From positions 15 through 64,014 of the forward strand of contig WYBB01000133.1 of assembly GCA_011526585.1 (NCBI GenBank): a stretch of DNA of 64,000 bases. Direction: 5' to 3'. The notes beneath the pieces are model-generated. The model did no database searches. It was given only the letters and a program-made list of their open reading frames with translations, and was not told the origin of the DNA. This document shows positions 30,277-40,097 of the stretch, in pieces. The stretch comes from Deltaproteobacteria bacterium (GTDB lineage Bacteria > Myxococcota_A > UBA9042 > PHBI01). The position numbers and the translations under genes are program-made. Position 1 is the stretch's first letter. Each line of letters begins with the position of its first letter.

Positions 30277-31089
30277 ATGAGCACATCGCGGATCTTCATC
30301 ACGGGTGGGGCCTCGGGCCTCGGGCGCGCGCTGGCCGAGCGATACGCGCGCGCGGGGTGGCGCGTGCTGATCGGGGACGTCAACGAAGAGCGCGCCGAGG
30401 AGACGCTGGCGGCGCTCGTCGGAGCGGGCGCGACGGCCGGGCGGATCGCGTGCGACGTGCGGCGCGAGGAGGACCTGGCGGCGGCGGCGGCGTGGCTCGA
30501 GCGTGAGTGGGGCGGGGTCGACGTGGTCGTCAACAACGCGGGCGTGGCGATGGCCGGCGGGATCGCCGAGATGTCGCTCGACGACTGGCAGTGGATCGTC
30601 GACATCAACCTGCTGGGGGTCGTGCGCGGGTGCAAGGTCTTCACGCCGATGCTTCGACGACAGGGCGGCGGGCACTTCGTCAACGTGGCGTCGATGGCCG
30701 GGCTCATCCACTTGCCGCACATGAGCGCGTACAACGCGACGAAGGCGGCGGTGGTGGCGGTGTCGGAGTCGCTGGCGTTGGAGCTGGCCGATGACGGGAT
30801 CGCGGTCTCGGTGGTGTGTCCGGCGTTCTTCCGGACGAACCTGCACGAGACGATGCGCGCGTCGAACGCGAGCTTCTCGGGCATGACGCGCGCCCTCTTG
30901 ACGAAGGCGCGGCTCGGCGCGGACGAGATCGCGCAGCTGGTCTACGACGCGGTGGCGAAGCGGGAGTTCCACATCCTGACGCACCCGGAGGGGCGCGCGG
31001 TGTGGATGCTGAAGCGCCTGGCGCCGTTTGCGGCGTACCGGCGGGTGATGCGACGCTCGGCGAGCGTGCTCATGTCGAAGCACCGGTGA
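30277..31089 (+). CDS. Short-chain dehydrogenase/reductase
   Basis: TGGASGLG, NNAG, and the YxxxK motif (SAYNATK). Confidence 0.9.
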   Translation: MSTSRIFITGGASGLGRALAERYARAGWRVLIGDVNEERAEETLAALVGAGATAGRIACDVRREEDLAAAAAWLEREWGGVDVVVNNAGVAMAGGIAEMSLDDWQWIVDINLLGVVRGCKVFTPMLRRQGGGHFVNVASMAGLIHLPHMSAYNATKAAVVAVSESLALELADDGIAVSVVCPAFFRTNLHETMRASNASFSGMTRALLTKARLGADEIAQLVYDAVAKREFHILTHPEGRAVWMLKRLAPFAAYRRVMRRSASVLMSKHR

Positions 31090-32038
31090 CGAGCCAGCGG
31101 GCGCGCGCGAGGTCGGGCAGGAGGCGCTGCCAGAAGCGCGGCGCGCGCACGAGGCGAGCCCAGGCGGAGAGGGCCTCGGGCAGGCGCTGGGGGTCGGGCG
31201 GCGTCGCGGTCGTGGGGGGCTCGGACCAGGCGGCTGCGAGCACGCCGAGGAGGATGAGGAGCGCCTGAACGAACGGGGGCACGGCGGGGTCGCCGAGGCG
31301 CAGGAAGAGCTGACGGCGGACGACCTCGAGGGCGAAGGCGTCGTGCTCGGGCGTGAGGGCGAGCGGCGGGGGCGCGGCGGGGTCGAGCGTCGGCAGGCGC
31401 GGCACGAGGTGGGCGACGCGGGAGGCGACGTCGGGTCCCTGGAGCGAGGCGACGGAGGCGAGGTCGAGCGCGCCGAGGAGGGTGCAGGCGCGCGCGGAAA
31501 ACGGCGGGGGCAGCGCGGGGAGGTGGCGCGGGTCGCCGATGAAGTGGCCGACGAAGAAGGGGATGGTGGCGCCGGGGGCGCGGGTGAGGCGGATGAGGCC
31601 CTGCTCGGAGGCGGCGACGTCAGCGGGCAGGCGGCGCTCCTCCTGCATGGCGGGCAGCGGGTCGACCTCGGGGCCGGCGCGCCAGGAGCGGTGGGTGCTG
31701 GTGCAGGCGGGGTCGAGGCCGACGCGGTAGCCGTCCTCGGCGAGGGTGGCGCGGCGCGGGAACTGCTGGCAAACCTTGGGTTTCTGGTCGGCGCCGAGGG
31801 TGGCGTGGATCGCGCAGAGGCGGTCGTCGGTGAGGAAGACGCAGCGGCCGTCGTCGCGCTGGCGCAGGGCGCCGTCGACGATGGGGTCGGCGATGCCGAG
31901 GTGTCTGGCGGCGCGCTGGATGCGGGCGCGTTCGAGCTGGTCGACGAGGGCGACGCGCCAGCCCTGGCAGCAGGTTCCGCAGGCGTGGCAAGCGTGGCGG
32001 AGGGGGCCCAGGGCGAGGAGACGAGGCTCGGTCTTCAT
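31070..32038 (-). CDS. YkgJ-family Cys-cluster (CxxCxxCC) protein with about 200-aa C-terminal extension
   Basis: CHACGTCCQGW...CVFL...RLCAIH...CQQFP. The 3' end overlaps the convergent SDR gene by 20 nt. Confidence 0.75.
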   Translation of the reverse strand: MKTEPRLLALGPLRHACHACGTCCQGWRVALVDQLERARIQRAARHLGIADPIVDGALRQRDDGRCVFLTDDRLCAIHATLGADQKPKVCQQFPRRATLAEDGYRVGLDPACTSTHRSWRAGPEVDPLPAMQEERRLPADVAASEQGLIRLTRAPGATIPFFVGHFIGDPRHLPALPPPFSARACTLLGALDLASVASLQGPDVASRVAHLVPRLPTLDPAAPPPLALTPEHDAFALEVVRRQLFLRLGDPAVPPFVQALLILLGVLAAAWSEPPTTATPPDPQRLPEALSAWARLVRAPRFWQRLLPDLARARWLVTGAST

Positions 32039-32068
32039 GGTGTGGGGACGGGGTTGGTGGTCGGTCGG

Positions 32069-33073
32069 TCAGTCGTCGCGCTCGCCGGTGGCGACCCAGC
32101 GGGCGGTGGCGGTGTCGGGGGCGAAGCGGGCCCAGAAGCCGTCGAGCCGGGAGACGCGCGAGAAGGCGGACAACGCCGGGCCGTAGCGGGCGGGGTCGGG
32201 GGTGGCGAGGGCGGCGCCGAGCGCGCCGGCGAGTACGACGAGGGCCTGGGCGCTGGGCGGGAGCACGTGGCCGCCGAGACGCAGGAAGAGGGTGCGCTGG
32301 AGGAGGTCGAGGGTGAAGGCGTCGAGCGCGGCGGGGAAGACGAGGGGCGGGAGGCGCTCGGGGGCGAGGCGGTTGGGCTCGGGCGGGAGCAGGCGCAGGA
32401 GGTCGATGAGCGGGGTGAGATCGGCGATGAGGCGCGGGCCGTTGTCGCGGTGGGCGAGGAGCTCGATGGTGCCGCGCAGGCGGTCGAGCAGGCGCGTGCC
32501 GAGGCCGAGGGGGAAGCGCTCGGGGGCGGGCAGGTCCTCGTCCGAGAGCAGCGCGGCGAAGCGCGGCAGGGTCATGTCCGGGCGGCGCGCGAGCGAGATG
32601 AGGTGGCGCTCGACGCGGGCGGGGCCGGGCTGGCGGTGCTCGTCGTGCTCGGTCGGGATGTACCAGAGGCTCACCTCGGGGCCGTCCGCGAAGGTGCGCC
32701 AGGTGGTCGTGCAGCCGGGGTCGACCCCGAAGCGCACGCCGTCCTCGGCGCGCAGGGAGCGGCGCGGGAAGAGCTGGCAACTCAAGGGCTTTTCGGCCTC
32801 GCCGAAGCGCGCGTGGATCCGGCAGAGGCGGTCGGGGCCGAGGAAGACGCAGGTGGCGTCGACCTGGCGGAGCTCGCCGTCGATGATCGGATCGGCCACG
32901 CCGAGGAGGGCGGCCTGCACGCGCACGCGCTCGCGCTCGGACTCGTCGGCGAGGCGCACGCGCCAGCCGCTGCAGCACACGCCGCAAGCGTGACAGGCGT
33001 GGCGTGGCGGGCCGAGGGTCGAAACCTGCCGTTCGGCGGCAGGTGGGCTTGGCGCGGAGGCGGGGTCGGGCAT
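32069..33073 (-). CDS. YkgJ-family Cys-cluster protein, tandem paralog of 31070..32038
   Basis: CHACGVCCSGW...CVFL...RLCRIH...CQLFP. About 60% identity by eye over the N-terminal 110 aa. Start ATG at 33073, with an alternative at 33109. Confidence 0.7.
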   Translation of the reverse strand: MPDPASAPSPPAAERQVSTLGPPRHACHACGVCCSGWRVRLADESERERVRVQAALLGVADPIIDGELRQVDATCVFLGPDRLCRIHARFGEAEKPLSCQLFPRRSLRAEDGVRFGVDPGCTTTWRTFADGPEVSLWYIPTEHDEHRQPGPARVERHLISLARRPDMTLPRFAALLSDEDLPAPERFPLGLGTRLLDRLRGTIELLAHRDNGPRLIADLTPLIDLLRLLPPEPNRLAPERLPPLVFPAALDAFTLDLLQRTLFLRLGGHVLPPSAQALVVLAGALGAALATPDPARYGPALSAFSRVSRLDGFWARFAPDTATARWVATGERDD

Positions 33074-33275
33074 CGAGCGTCCTCGGGGCGAGAGCGGATC
33101 GGCGTGCATCGGAGCACGGTGCGCGGTCGGCCGCAAGGACGCGGCGGGGGGCGCGTCTCGGGGATGGACTGCGGACCGCAGTGACCGGCGGCTTCTTCGT
33201 CCGGATCGCGCACGTTTGACGAGGCGTGCGTTCCGGGTGACGGTGCTCGGCGTGCAGGCCCCTTTCGAACGCACG

Positions 33276-34412
33276 ATGCGCGCGTTGTCGGCCGAGCGGC
33301 GACGGCGGCCCTATCTCCTCCTCACGGCGCTCCTCGGGATCGTCGCCTGGGTCGTGTGGGCCGCGATCGCCGAGGTCGGCGTACACCTGACCTCGGTCGC
33401 CGGCCGCATCGAGGCGCGCGAACCGGTCAACGTGCTGCGCGCCGAGGTCGACGGCCGCCTCGTCGCGGTGCACGCGGCGCTCGGGCAGCCGGTGCGCGTC
33501 GGCGACGTGCTCTACGAGATCGACGACGCCGAGGCGGCGATTCGCCGCGCCGAGGCCGCCGCCCGCATCGAGGCGATCATCGCCGAGCGCGAGGTCCTGA
33601 TGGCCGCGCTCGCCGCCGCCAACCAGGCCCGCGACGGTGGACAGGACGTGCTGCTCGCGGCGCTGGCCGAGGCCAGGGCCCAGCTCGCGCAGGCGCGCGC
33701 GGCCCTCACGCAGGCCGAGCGCGAGGTCACGCGCCTGGGCGGCCTCGTGCAGCAGGGCGGTGTCTCGCCCCAGGAGCTCGAGCGCGCGCGCGTCGCCGCG
33801 TCCCTCCGGCGCGCCGAGATCGGCGCCGCGCAGGCGCTCGCCGATCGTCTCTCCGCCGAGTCGGCCCGCGACACCTCCGATCGCACCGCCGCCGTCGAGC
33901 GCATGCGCCAGGAGCTCCTCCGCCTCGAGGCCGAGCAAGCCACCGCCGAGGCCGACCAGCGCTCTGCCGAGCTCGCCCGCGAGCGCCGGCGCGTGCGCGT
34001 GCCCATCGCGGGCCGCCTCGGCGAGCTCCCACTCCTGCGCCCCGGCGACTACGTGCAGACCGGCCAGGCCCTCGGCACCATCGTGCCCGACGGCGACCTG
34101 CACGTCGTCGCCTTCTTCGGCGCCGATCGCGCGCTCGGCTGGATCCGCCCCGGCGCCTCCGCGCGCGTGCGCCTCGACGCCTTCCCGTGGACCTGGTTCG
34201 GCCAGGTCTCCGCCACCGTCGAAGACGTCGCTCTCGAGCCGAAGGATGGTCTCCTGCGCGTCGAGCTCGCCCTCGCCGACGGACCCGCCGACGTGCCGCT
34301 CGGCCACGGCCTCACCGGCGAGGTCGAGATCGAGATCGAGCAGGCGAGCCCGCTCTCGCTCCTCCTGCGCGCCGCCGGCCGCCAGACCCGCCCGGAGACG
34401 CAAACCCCGTGA
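33276..34412 (+). CDS. HlyD-family membrane fusion protein (bacteriocin/type I secretion adaptor)
   Basis: N-terminal TM segment, long Ala/Glu/Arg coiled coil, then VRVPIAGRLGEL...GQALGTIVP lipoyl/beta-barrel motifs. The stop overlaps the next start (GTGA at 34409-34412). Confidence 0.85.
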   Translation: MRALSAERRRRPYLLLTALLGIVAWVVWAAIAEVGVHLTSVAGRIEAREPVNVLRAEVDGRLVAVHAALGQPVRVGDVLYEIDDAEAAIRRAEAAARIEAIIAEREVLMAALAAANQARDGGQDVLLAALAEARAQLAQARAALTQAEREVTRLGGLVQQGGVSPQELERARVAASLRRAEIGAAQALADRLSAESARDTSDRTAAVERMRQELLRLEAEQATAEADQRSAELARERRRVRVPIAGRLGELPLLRPGDYVQTGQALGTIVPDGDLHVVAFFGADRALGWIRPGASARVRLDAFPWTWFGQVSATVEDVALEPKDGLLRVELALADGPADVPLGHGLTGEVEIEIEQASPLSLLLRAAGRQTRPETQTP

Positions 34413-37138
34413 CGCGCCGCCGCCTGCTCGCGCCCGAGGTCGTGCAGACCTCGGCGATGGACTGCGGCCCCGCCGCGCTCAAGAGCCTGCTCGCCGGCCA
34501 CGGCATCGACGTCTCCTACGGCCGCCTGCGCGAGGCCTGCCAGACCGACGTCGACGGCACCAGCATCGACGTGCTCGAAGCGGTCGCCGGCCAGCTCGGC
34601 CTCGACGCCGAGCAGGTCCTCGTCCCCGTCGACCACGTGCTCCTCCCCGAGGCCAAGGCCCTCCCTGCCATCGCCGTCATCGTGCACCCCGACGGCCTCA
34701 CCCACTTCGTCGTCATCTGGGCCCGCCGCGGCCGCTGGGTCCAGGTCATGGACCCGGCCATCGGGCGCCGCTGGATGCGCATCGACGACTTCCTCCAGAC
34801 CCTCTATCGCCACACCATGGCCGTCCCCGAGGCCGCCTGGCGCGAGTGGGCCGCCGGCGACGAAGCCCGCGCCTCCTTCACCGCCCGCCTCGCCCGCCTC
34901 GGCCTCGGCGCCGCCGCCATCGACGACCACCTCGCCCGCGCCCAGGCCGACCCCGGCTGGCGCTCGCTCGGCGCCCTCGACGCTGCCTCGCGCTACCTCG
35001 AGCGCATGCTCGCCGCCGGCGCCATCCGCCGCGGCACCGAGGCCCGCGCCGCCCTCACCCGCCTCCTCGACGCCCCCTCGCCGGCCGCCCTCGAAGACCG
35101 CATCCCCGCCGCCTGGTGGACCGTGCGCGCCGCCCCGCCCGACCCCGACGACGGCTCCGCCCAGGTCCAGGTCACCGGCGCCGTGCTCGTCTCGGCGCGC
35201 GGCGTGCGCTCCGCCGCCGACCGCGCCGCCGCGCGCGACGCCCTCCCGCGCGAGCTCGCCGCCGCCCTCGCCGAGCCCCGCGAGCGCCCCTTCGTCGCCA
35301 TCGCCAACGCGCTCGCCGCCGACGGCTGGCTCGCGCCCGCCATGCTCGCGCTCACCGTCACGATCGCCGCCCTGCTCACCGTGCTCGAGGGCCTCCTCTT
35401 CCGCGGCCTCGTCGACGCCGATCGCATCCTCACCTCCCCGGAGGAGGTCTGGGGCGGCTGGGCCCTCGCCATCGCGCTCGTCGTCGCCCTCGCCACCCTC
35501 GAATGGCAGAACGCCCGCGTCTCCCGCCGCATCGGCCGCCACCTGGAGACCCGCTTCCGCGCCGCATTCCACGCCAAGATCCCGCGCCTGCCCGACCGCT
35601 ACTTCCAGAGCCGCCCCATCTCCGACATGGCCGAGCGCGGCCACATGCTCCACGTCATCCGCAGCGTGCCCGCGCTCGGCGCCCTGCTCGTGCAGTCCGC
35701 CGCCGGCCTCGCCGCCACCGTCGTCGGCGTCGTCTGGCTCGACCCCGCCTCGGCGGTCATCGTCATCCCCGGCGCCCTCCTCGCCCTGCTCATCCCGATC
35801 GTCGCCCACCCCGCCCTCGCCGAGCGCGACCTCCGCCGCCGCACCTACGCCGGCACCCTCTTCCGCCTCACCCTCGACGCGCTCCTCGGCCTCTCCGCCG
35901 TGCGCACCCACACCGCCGAGCGCGCCATCCTGCGCGAGCACGAAGGCCTCCTCGCCGACTGGCTGCGCGCCGGCGAGTCCGCCCAGCGCGTCGCCGTCCA
36001 GGTCGAGGTCGCCCAGTCCGCGCTCGGCGCCGCCCTCGCCGTCACCCTCGTGCTCGGCCACCTCGACCGCGAAGGCGCCACCGGCACGGCGCTGCTCCTC
36101 ACCTGGTGGGGCCTCCAGGTCCCGAGCTTCGCCCAGACGCTCGCCCTCACCGCGCGCCAGTACCCGCTCCTGCGCAACGCCCTCCTGCGCGTGCTCGAGC
36201 CCCTCGGCGCCCCGACCGACGACGACGCGCCCACGCCCGCCGCGCCCACCGCGCCCTCCAAAGAGAAATTGTCCACACCGCCCGCCACCACGCAAGCCCC
36301 CGTCGCCCCGATCGCCGTCACCCTCGAAGGGGTCAGCGTCGTCGCCGGCGGCCACACCATCCTCGCGTCGATCGACCTCACGCTCGCCCCCGGCGAGCAC
36401 GTCGCCGTCGTCGGCCCCTCCGGCGCCGGCAAGTCCAGCCTCGTCGGCCTCCTCCTCGGTTGGCACCGCCCCGCCGCCGGCCGCGTGCTCGTCGACGGCC
36501 ACCCGCTCGACCCCCGCACCCTCGCGGCCCTGCGCCGGCGCATCGCCTGGGTCGATCCCGAGGTGCAGCTCTGGAACCGCACCCTCCTCGACAACCTCCG
36601 CTACGGCGCCCCCGACGTGCCGCTCGCCGGCGCCGCCTCCCAGCTCCCCGCGGTCATGGCCTCCGCCGACCTCGCCGGCGTCGTCGAGGCCTTGCCCGAC
36701 GGCCTGCAGACCCGCCTCGGCGAAGGCGGCCTCTTCCTCTCCGGCGGCCAGGGCCAGCGCGTGCGCCTCGCCCGCGGCGAGCTCCGCCCCGACGTCGGCC
36801 TCGTCATCCTCGACGAGGCCCTGCGCGGCCTCGACCGCGACCAGCGCCACGACCTCCTCGCGCGCGCCCGCCGGCACTGGCACTCCGCGACCCTCATCTG
36901 CATCACCCACGACGTCGCCGAGACGCTCACCTTCCCGCGCGTCATCGTCATCGACAAGGGCCACCTCGTCGAGGACGGCGCGCCCTCCGACCTCGTCACC
37001 CGCGACACCCTCTACAAGCACCTCATCGACACCGAGCGCCAAAACCGCGATCACCTCTGGCGAAACCCCGTCTGGCGCCGCGCCCGCGTCGCCGATGGCC
37101 AACTGCACACCGCGCCACCCGGCGAGGTCGCCCCATGA
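34409..37138 (+). CDS. ABC transporter with N-terminal C39 cysteine peptidase domain (bacteriocin-processing exporter, permease plus ATPase)
   Basis: C39 catalytic motifs: QTSAMDCGPAAL, THFVVIW and VMDPAIG. NBD motifs: GPSGAGKSS, LSGGQGQRV and LVILDEA. Confidence 0.9.
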   Translation: MTRRRLLAPEVVQTSAMDCGPAALKSLLAGHGIDVSYGRLREACQTDVDGTSIDVLEAVAGQLGLDAEQVLVPVDHVLLPEAKALPAIAVIVHPDGLTHFVVIWARRGRWVQVMDPAIGRRWMRIDDFLQTLYRHTMAVPEAAWREWAAGDEARASFTARLARLGLGAAAIDDHLARAQADPGWRSLGALDAASRYLERMLAAGAIRRGTEARAALTRLLDAPSPAALEDRIPAAWWTVRAAPPDPDDGSAQVQVTGAVLVSARGVRSAADRAAARDALPRELAAALAEPRERPFVAIANALAADGWLAPAMLALTVTIAALLTVLEGLLFRGLVDADRILTSPEEVWGGWALAIALVVALATLEWQNARVSRRIGRHLETRFRAAFHAKIPRLPDRYFQSRPISDMAERGHMLHVIRSVPALGALLVQSAAGLAATVVGVVWLDPASAVIVIPGALLALLIPIVAHPALAERDLRRRTYAGTLFRLTLDALLGLSAVRTHTAERAILREHEGLLADWLRAGESAQRVAVQVEVAQSALGAALAVTLVLGHLDREGATGTALLLTWWGLQVPSFAQTLALTARQYPLLRNALLRVLEPLGAPTDDDAPTPAAPTAPSKEKLSTPPATTQAPVAPIAVTLEGVSVVAGGHTILASIDLTLAPGEHVAVVGPSGAGKSSLVGLLLGWHRPAAGRVLVDGHPLDPRTLAALRRRIAWVDPEVQLWNRTLLDNLRYGAPDVPLAGAASQLPAVMASADLAGVVEALPDGLQTRLGEGGLFLSGGQGQRVRLARGELRPDVGLVILDEALRGLDRDQRHDLLARARRHWHSATLICITHDVAETLTFPRVIVIDKGHLVEDGAPSDLVTRDTLYKHLIDTERQNRDHLWRNPVWRRARVADGQLHTAPPGEVAP

Positions 37139-39321
37139 CCGCGCCCACGCCGCCGCCGCCAGACGCCTCGCCGCTCGCCGCCTACGCCTGGCCCAGCGCC
37201 CACGTCGCCGACGCTCTGCGCGCGCTCGCCACCGTGAGCGGCCTCGGCCTCGCCCCCGACGCCTCGCTCCGCGACGACACCCCGCACGACGAAGAGTCCC
37301 TGCGCGCGCTCGGCCTCTCGCTCGGCCTCTCCCTCGACCCGGTGCAGGCGCCCTGGCGCGGCGCGACCGCGCTCGTCTCCGGCGGCCCCATGCTCGCCCG
37401 CCTGCCGGACGGCACGGGCTTCTTCCTCCTGCTCGCCGCCCGCCGCGGCCGCGCCCGCCTGCTCACCCCCGCGCTCACCGTCGTCGACGTGCCGGCCACC
37501 CTCGTGCGCGACGCTCTGCGCGCGCCCCACGTCAGCGCCGCCCTCACCCAGGTCGACGCCGATCTCGACCTCATCGGCGTGCCCGCCCCACGCCGCGCCA
37601 AGGCCCGCACCCTCCTCCTCGACGAGCGCCTCGGCCTGCGCCCGGCCGTCGTCGCCTTCGTCGTGCGCGCCGCCGGCTCGCGCTCGATCATCTCGCACCT
37701 GCGCGAGGTCGGCCTCTTCTCCGCGCTCGGCGCGCTCCTCGCCGCGCTCGTCACCCACTACGCGCTCGGCCTGTTCGCCTGGATCTTCCTCGCCTGGGGC
37801 GCGCTCGCCGGCCGCGTCGACCCGGGCTGGCTCATCGCCTGGACCCTCGCGCTCGCCTCCCAGGTCGCGCTGCGCGGCGTGCTCCTCGACGCCACCGGCA
37901 AGCTCGCCCTGCGCGGCGGCGCCGCCGTCAAGCGCCTGCTCCTCATCGGCGCCCTGCGCGGCGATCTCGATCAGATGCGCGCGCACGGCATGGGCGGCAT
38001 CATCGGGCGCACCGTCGAGAGCGAGGCCTTCGAGCAGCTCGCCCTCAACGGCGGCATGCGCCTCGTCATCGGCACCTGGGAGCTCGTCGTGGCGCTCGTC
38101 ATCGCCTCGCAGGGCGCCGGCGGCACGCTGCTCGTCCTGCTCGGCCTGCTCGCGCTCGTCGCCGCCGCGCTCACCGGCCTGCGCTTCCTTCGCAAGAAGG
38201 ACGAGTGGACGCGCGCGCGCCTCGCCATCACCGGCGACCTCATCGAGCGCATGGTCGGCCACCGCACCCGCCTCGCCCAGGAGTCCCCGAGCACCTGGCA
38301 CAGCGGCGAGGACCAGGCCCTCTCGGACTACGTGCAGCGCTCGGCCGCGCCCGACGAGCTCGAGGCCGCCCTCACCGTCTGGCCGCGCCGCGCCTTCATG
38401 GCGCTCGGCATGCTCATCGTCGCGCTCGCCGCCGGTACCGCGCCCGATCCGCTCGGCATCGGCCTCGGCCTCGCCGGCCTGCTGCTCGGCGCGCAGGCCC
38501 TCGACGCCACCGCCGGCGGGGTCGCCGCCATCGCCGGCGCCGTCGTCGCGCGCCGCGTGATCCGCGACCTCATCGACGCCGCCCGCCGCCCCGAGCGCAT
38601 CGGCGCGATCTTCCCCGCCGCCCCCGCACCCGCACCCGCGCCCGCCGCGCCCACGACGACAACCTCCACGGCCGCGTCCTCCGTGCCCGCGACGTCCCAC
38701 ACCCCGCCCACGCCGGTGCTCACCCTGAGCCGCGTCGGCTACACCTACCCGGGCCGCGCGCGTCCCGTCCTGCGCGACGTCGATCTCGAGCTCGCCGACG
38801 GCGAGCGCCTGCTCCTCGAGGGCGGCTCCGGCAGCGGCAAGTCCACCCTCGCCGCGATCATGGCCGGCCTGCGCCTGCCGAGCGAGGGGCTCGTGCTCTT
38901 GCGCGGCCTCGACCCCGCCACCTGGGGCGAAGCCTCATGGCGTCGCCGCGCCGTCGCCTCGCCACAGTTCCACGACAACCGCGTCATCGCCGGCACCTTC
39001 GCCTTCAACCTCCTGCTCGGCCGCGGCGGCCTGCCCGAGCCGTCCGCGCTGTCCGAGGCCGAGGCGCTCTGCCGCGAGCTCGGCCTCGGCCCCCTCATCG
39101 AGCGCATGCCCGCCGGCCTCCTCCAGCAGGTCGGCGAGTCCGGCTGGCAGCTCTCGCACGGCGAGCGAAGCCGCCTCTACCTCGCGCGCGCGCTCTTGCA
39201 GAACGCCGACCTGGTGCTCCTCGACGAGAGCTTCGGCGCCCTCGACCCCGAAAACCAGGGCAAGGCGCTCGCCTGCGCGCTCTCACGCGCACGCACGCTC
39301 GTCGTCATCGCCCACCCCTGA
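37135..39321 (+). CDS. Second ABC transporter permease/ATPase with degenerate (Cys-less) peptidase-like N-domain
   Basis: ATGA overlap at 37135-37138. NBD motifs: GGSGSGKST, LSHGERSRL and LVLLDES. The N-terminal 150 aa lack a catalytic Cys. Confidence 0.9.
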   Translation: MTAPTPPPPDASPLAAYAWPSAHVADALRALATVSGLGLAPDASLRDDTPHDEESLRALGLSLGLSLDPVQAPWRGATALVSGGPMLARLPDGTGFFLLLAARRGRARLLTPALTVVDVPATLVRDALRAPHVSAALTQVDADLDLIGVPAPRRAKARTLLLDERLGLRPAVVAFVVRAAGSRSIISHLREVGLFSALGALLAALVTHYALGLFAWIFLAWGALAGRVDPGWLIAWTLALASQVALRGVLLDATGKLALRGGAAVKRLLLIGALRGDLDQMRAHGMGGIIGRTVESEAFEQLALNGGMRLVIGTWELVVALVIASQGAGGTLLVLLGLLALVAAALTGLRFLRKKDEWTRARLAITGDLIERMVGHRTRLAQESPSTWHSGEDQALSDYVQRSAAPDELEAALTVWPRRAFMALGMLIVALAAGTAPDPLGIGLGLAGLLLGAQALDATAGGVAAIAGAVVARRVIRDLIDAARRPERIGAIFPAAPAPAPAPAAPTTTTSTAASSVPATSHTPPTPVLTLSRVGYTYPGRARPVLRDVDLELADGERLLLEGGSGSGKSTLAAIMAGLRLPSEGLVLLRGLDPATWGEASWRRRAVASPQFHDNRVIAGTFAFNLLLGRGGLPEPSALSEAEALCRELGLGPLIERMPAGLLQQVGESGWQLSHGERSRLYLARALLQNADLVLLDESFGALDPENQGKALACALSRARTLVVIAHP

Positions 39322-39335
39322 ACACCGCGCTGTGG

Positions 39336-39356
39336 GGACGGCCCTCGTGGCCGCCC
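39336..39356. terminator. Copy B of the GC hairpin/REP-like element, 15 nt after the ABC operon stop
   Basis: ggacggcc-ctcgt-ggccgccc, with one stem mismatch. It shares the 19-mer cggccctcgtggccgcccg with 9409-9427. Confidence 0.4.
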
Positions 39357-39368
39357 GCGTCGCCACCC

Positions 39369-40097
39369 TCAATCGCGGTGACGCAGCTCGCCGGCGCCCT
39401 CGATCGCGATCCCTTCACGCACCACGACGAAGAACACCAGGTCCGGACCGCCCCCCGCGGCCGCGTAGCTGTGCGTGTCGCCCGCCTTCATCACCAGCGT
39501 CTCGCCGGGACGCACCACCGCCCCGCCCGACTCGATCATCGCGCCCTCGAGGACCAGCGTCGTCTCCTCGCCGAGGTGCGTGTGCACCGGGAACGCCGTC
39601 CCGGCGGCGAGCCGCACGAACCCGCGGACGCACCCGGCCACCGCCGGCCCGCCCTCGACCCACAGCGCGTCGAGCCCCGGCACCAGGTCGCGCTCCCACA
39701 GGCTCGCGTCGGCCGCGCGATCGAGCAGCTCCTTGGCCTTGTCGATCGTCACGTCGATCATCGCCGCCAGCTTGTCCGCGAAGCGTGCGAGCCTCCCCGG
39801 CGCGCGCGCGCTGGCCATCACCCGCTCGCGCAAGGTTGCGCTCGGCGCCAGCGGCTCGAGCCCCTCGAGCAGCGCCGCCACCAGCAGGTCGTCGTCGAGG
39901 GCGGATCGCGCGCCCGCCTCGCGAGAGGCGAAGCCGGATCGGGCGCCCGCCTCGCGAGAGGCGGAGCTGGACCGGGCGCCCGCCTCGCGAGAGGCGGAGC
40001 TGGACCGGGCGCCCGACAGCTCGCCCAGGATCGGGTCGTGCTCGTCGTCAGGCGCGCTCTGCGCTCCTCCGCTACCCTTGCCGACTGCGCCCGTCAT
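39369..40097 (-). CDS. ChrR-like cupin-domain putative anti-sigma factor lacking the zinc motif; N-terminus is a tandem 11-aa repeat
   Basis: Cupin core GTAFPVHTHLGEETTLVLEGAM...GDTHSY. The start overlaps the stop of the ECF sigma gene (ATGA at 40094-40097). Confidence 0.75.
   Translation of the reverse strand: MTGAVGKGSGGAQSAPDDEHDPILGELSGARSSSASREAGARSSSASREAGARSGFASREAGARSALDDDLLVAALLEGLEPLAPSATLRERVMASARAPGRLARFADKLAAMIDVTIDKAKELLDRAADASLWERDLVPGLDALWVEGGPAVAGCVRGFVRLAAGTAFPVHTHLGEETTLVLEGAMIESGGAVVRPGETLVMKAGDTHSYAAAGGGPDLVFFVVVREGIAIEGAGELRHRD
39910..40017. repeat. 33-bp tandem repeat, about 3.3 copies, coding for (S)SSASREAGAR units
   Basis: gcgcccgcctcgcgagaggcgRagcYggaYcgg starts at 39910, 39943 and 39976. 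Confidence 0.85.

Noticed and set aside
33637-39321. A 1894-aa ORF, plus the 1260-aa ORF 33356..37138, which appear to be giant genes
   Set aside because: Their upstream portions are Arg/Pro/Ala-rich read-through in alternative frames of the HlyD and C39-ABC genes. Only the parts from GTG 34409 and ATG 37135 onward carry transporter motifs and start exactly at the preceding gene's stop.
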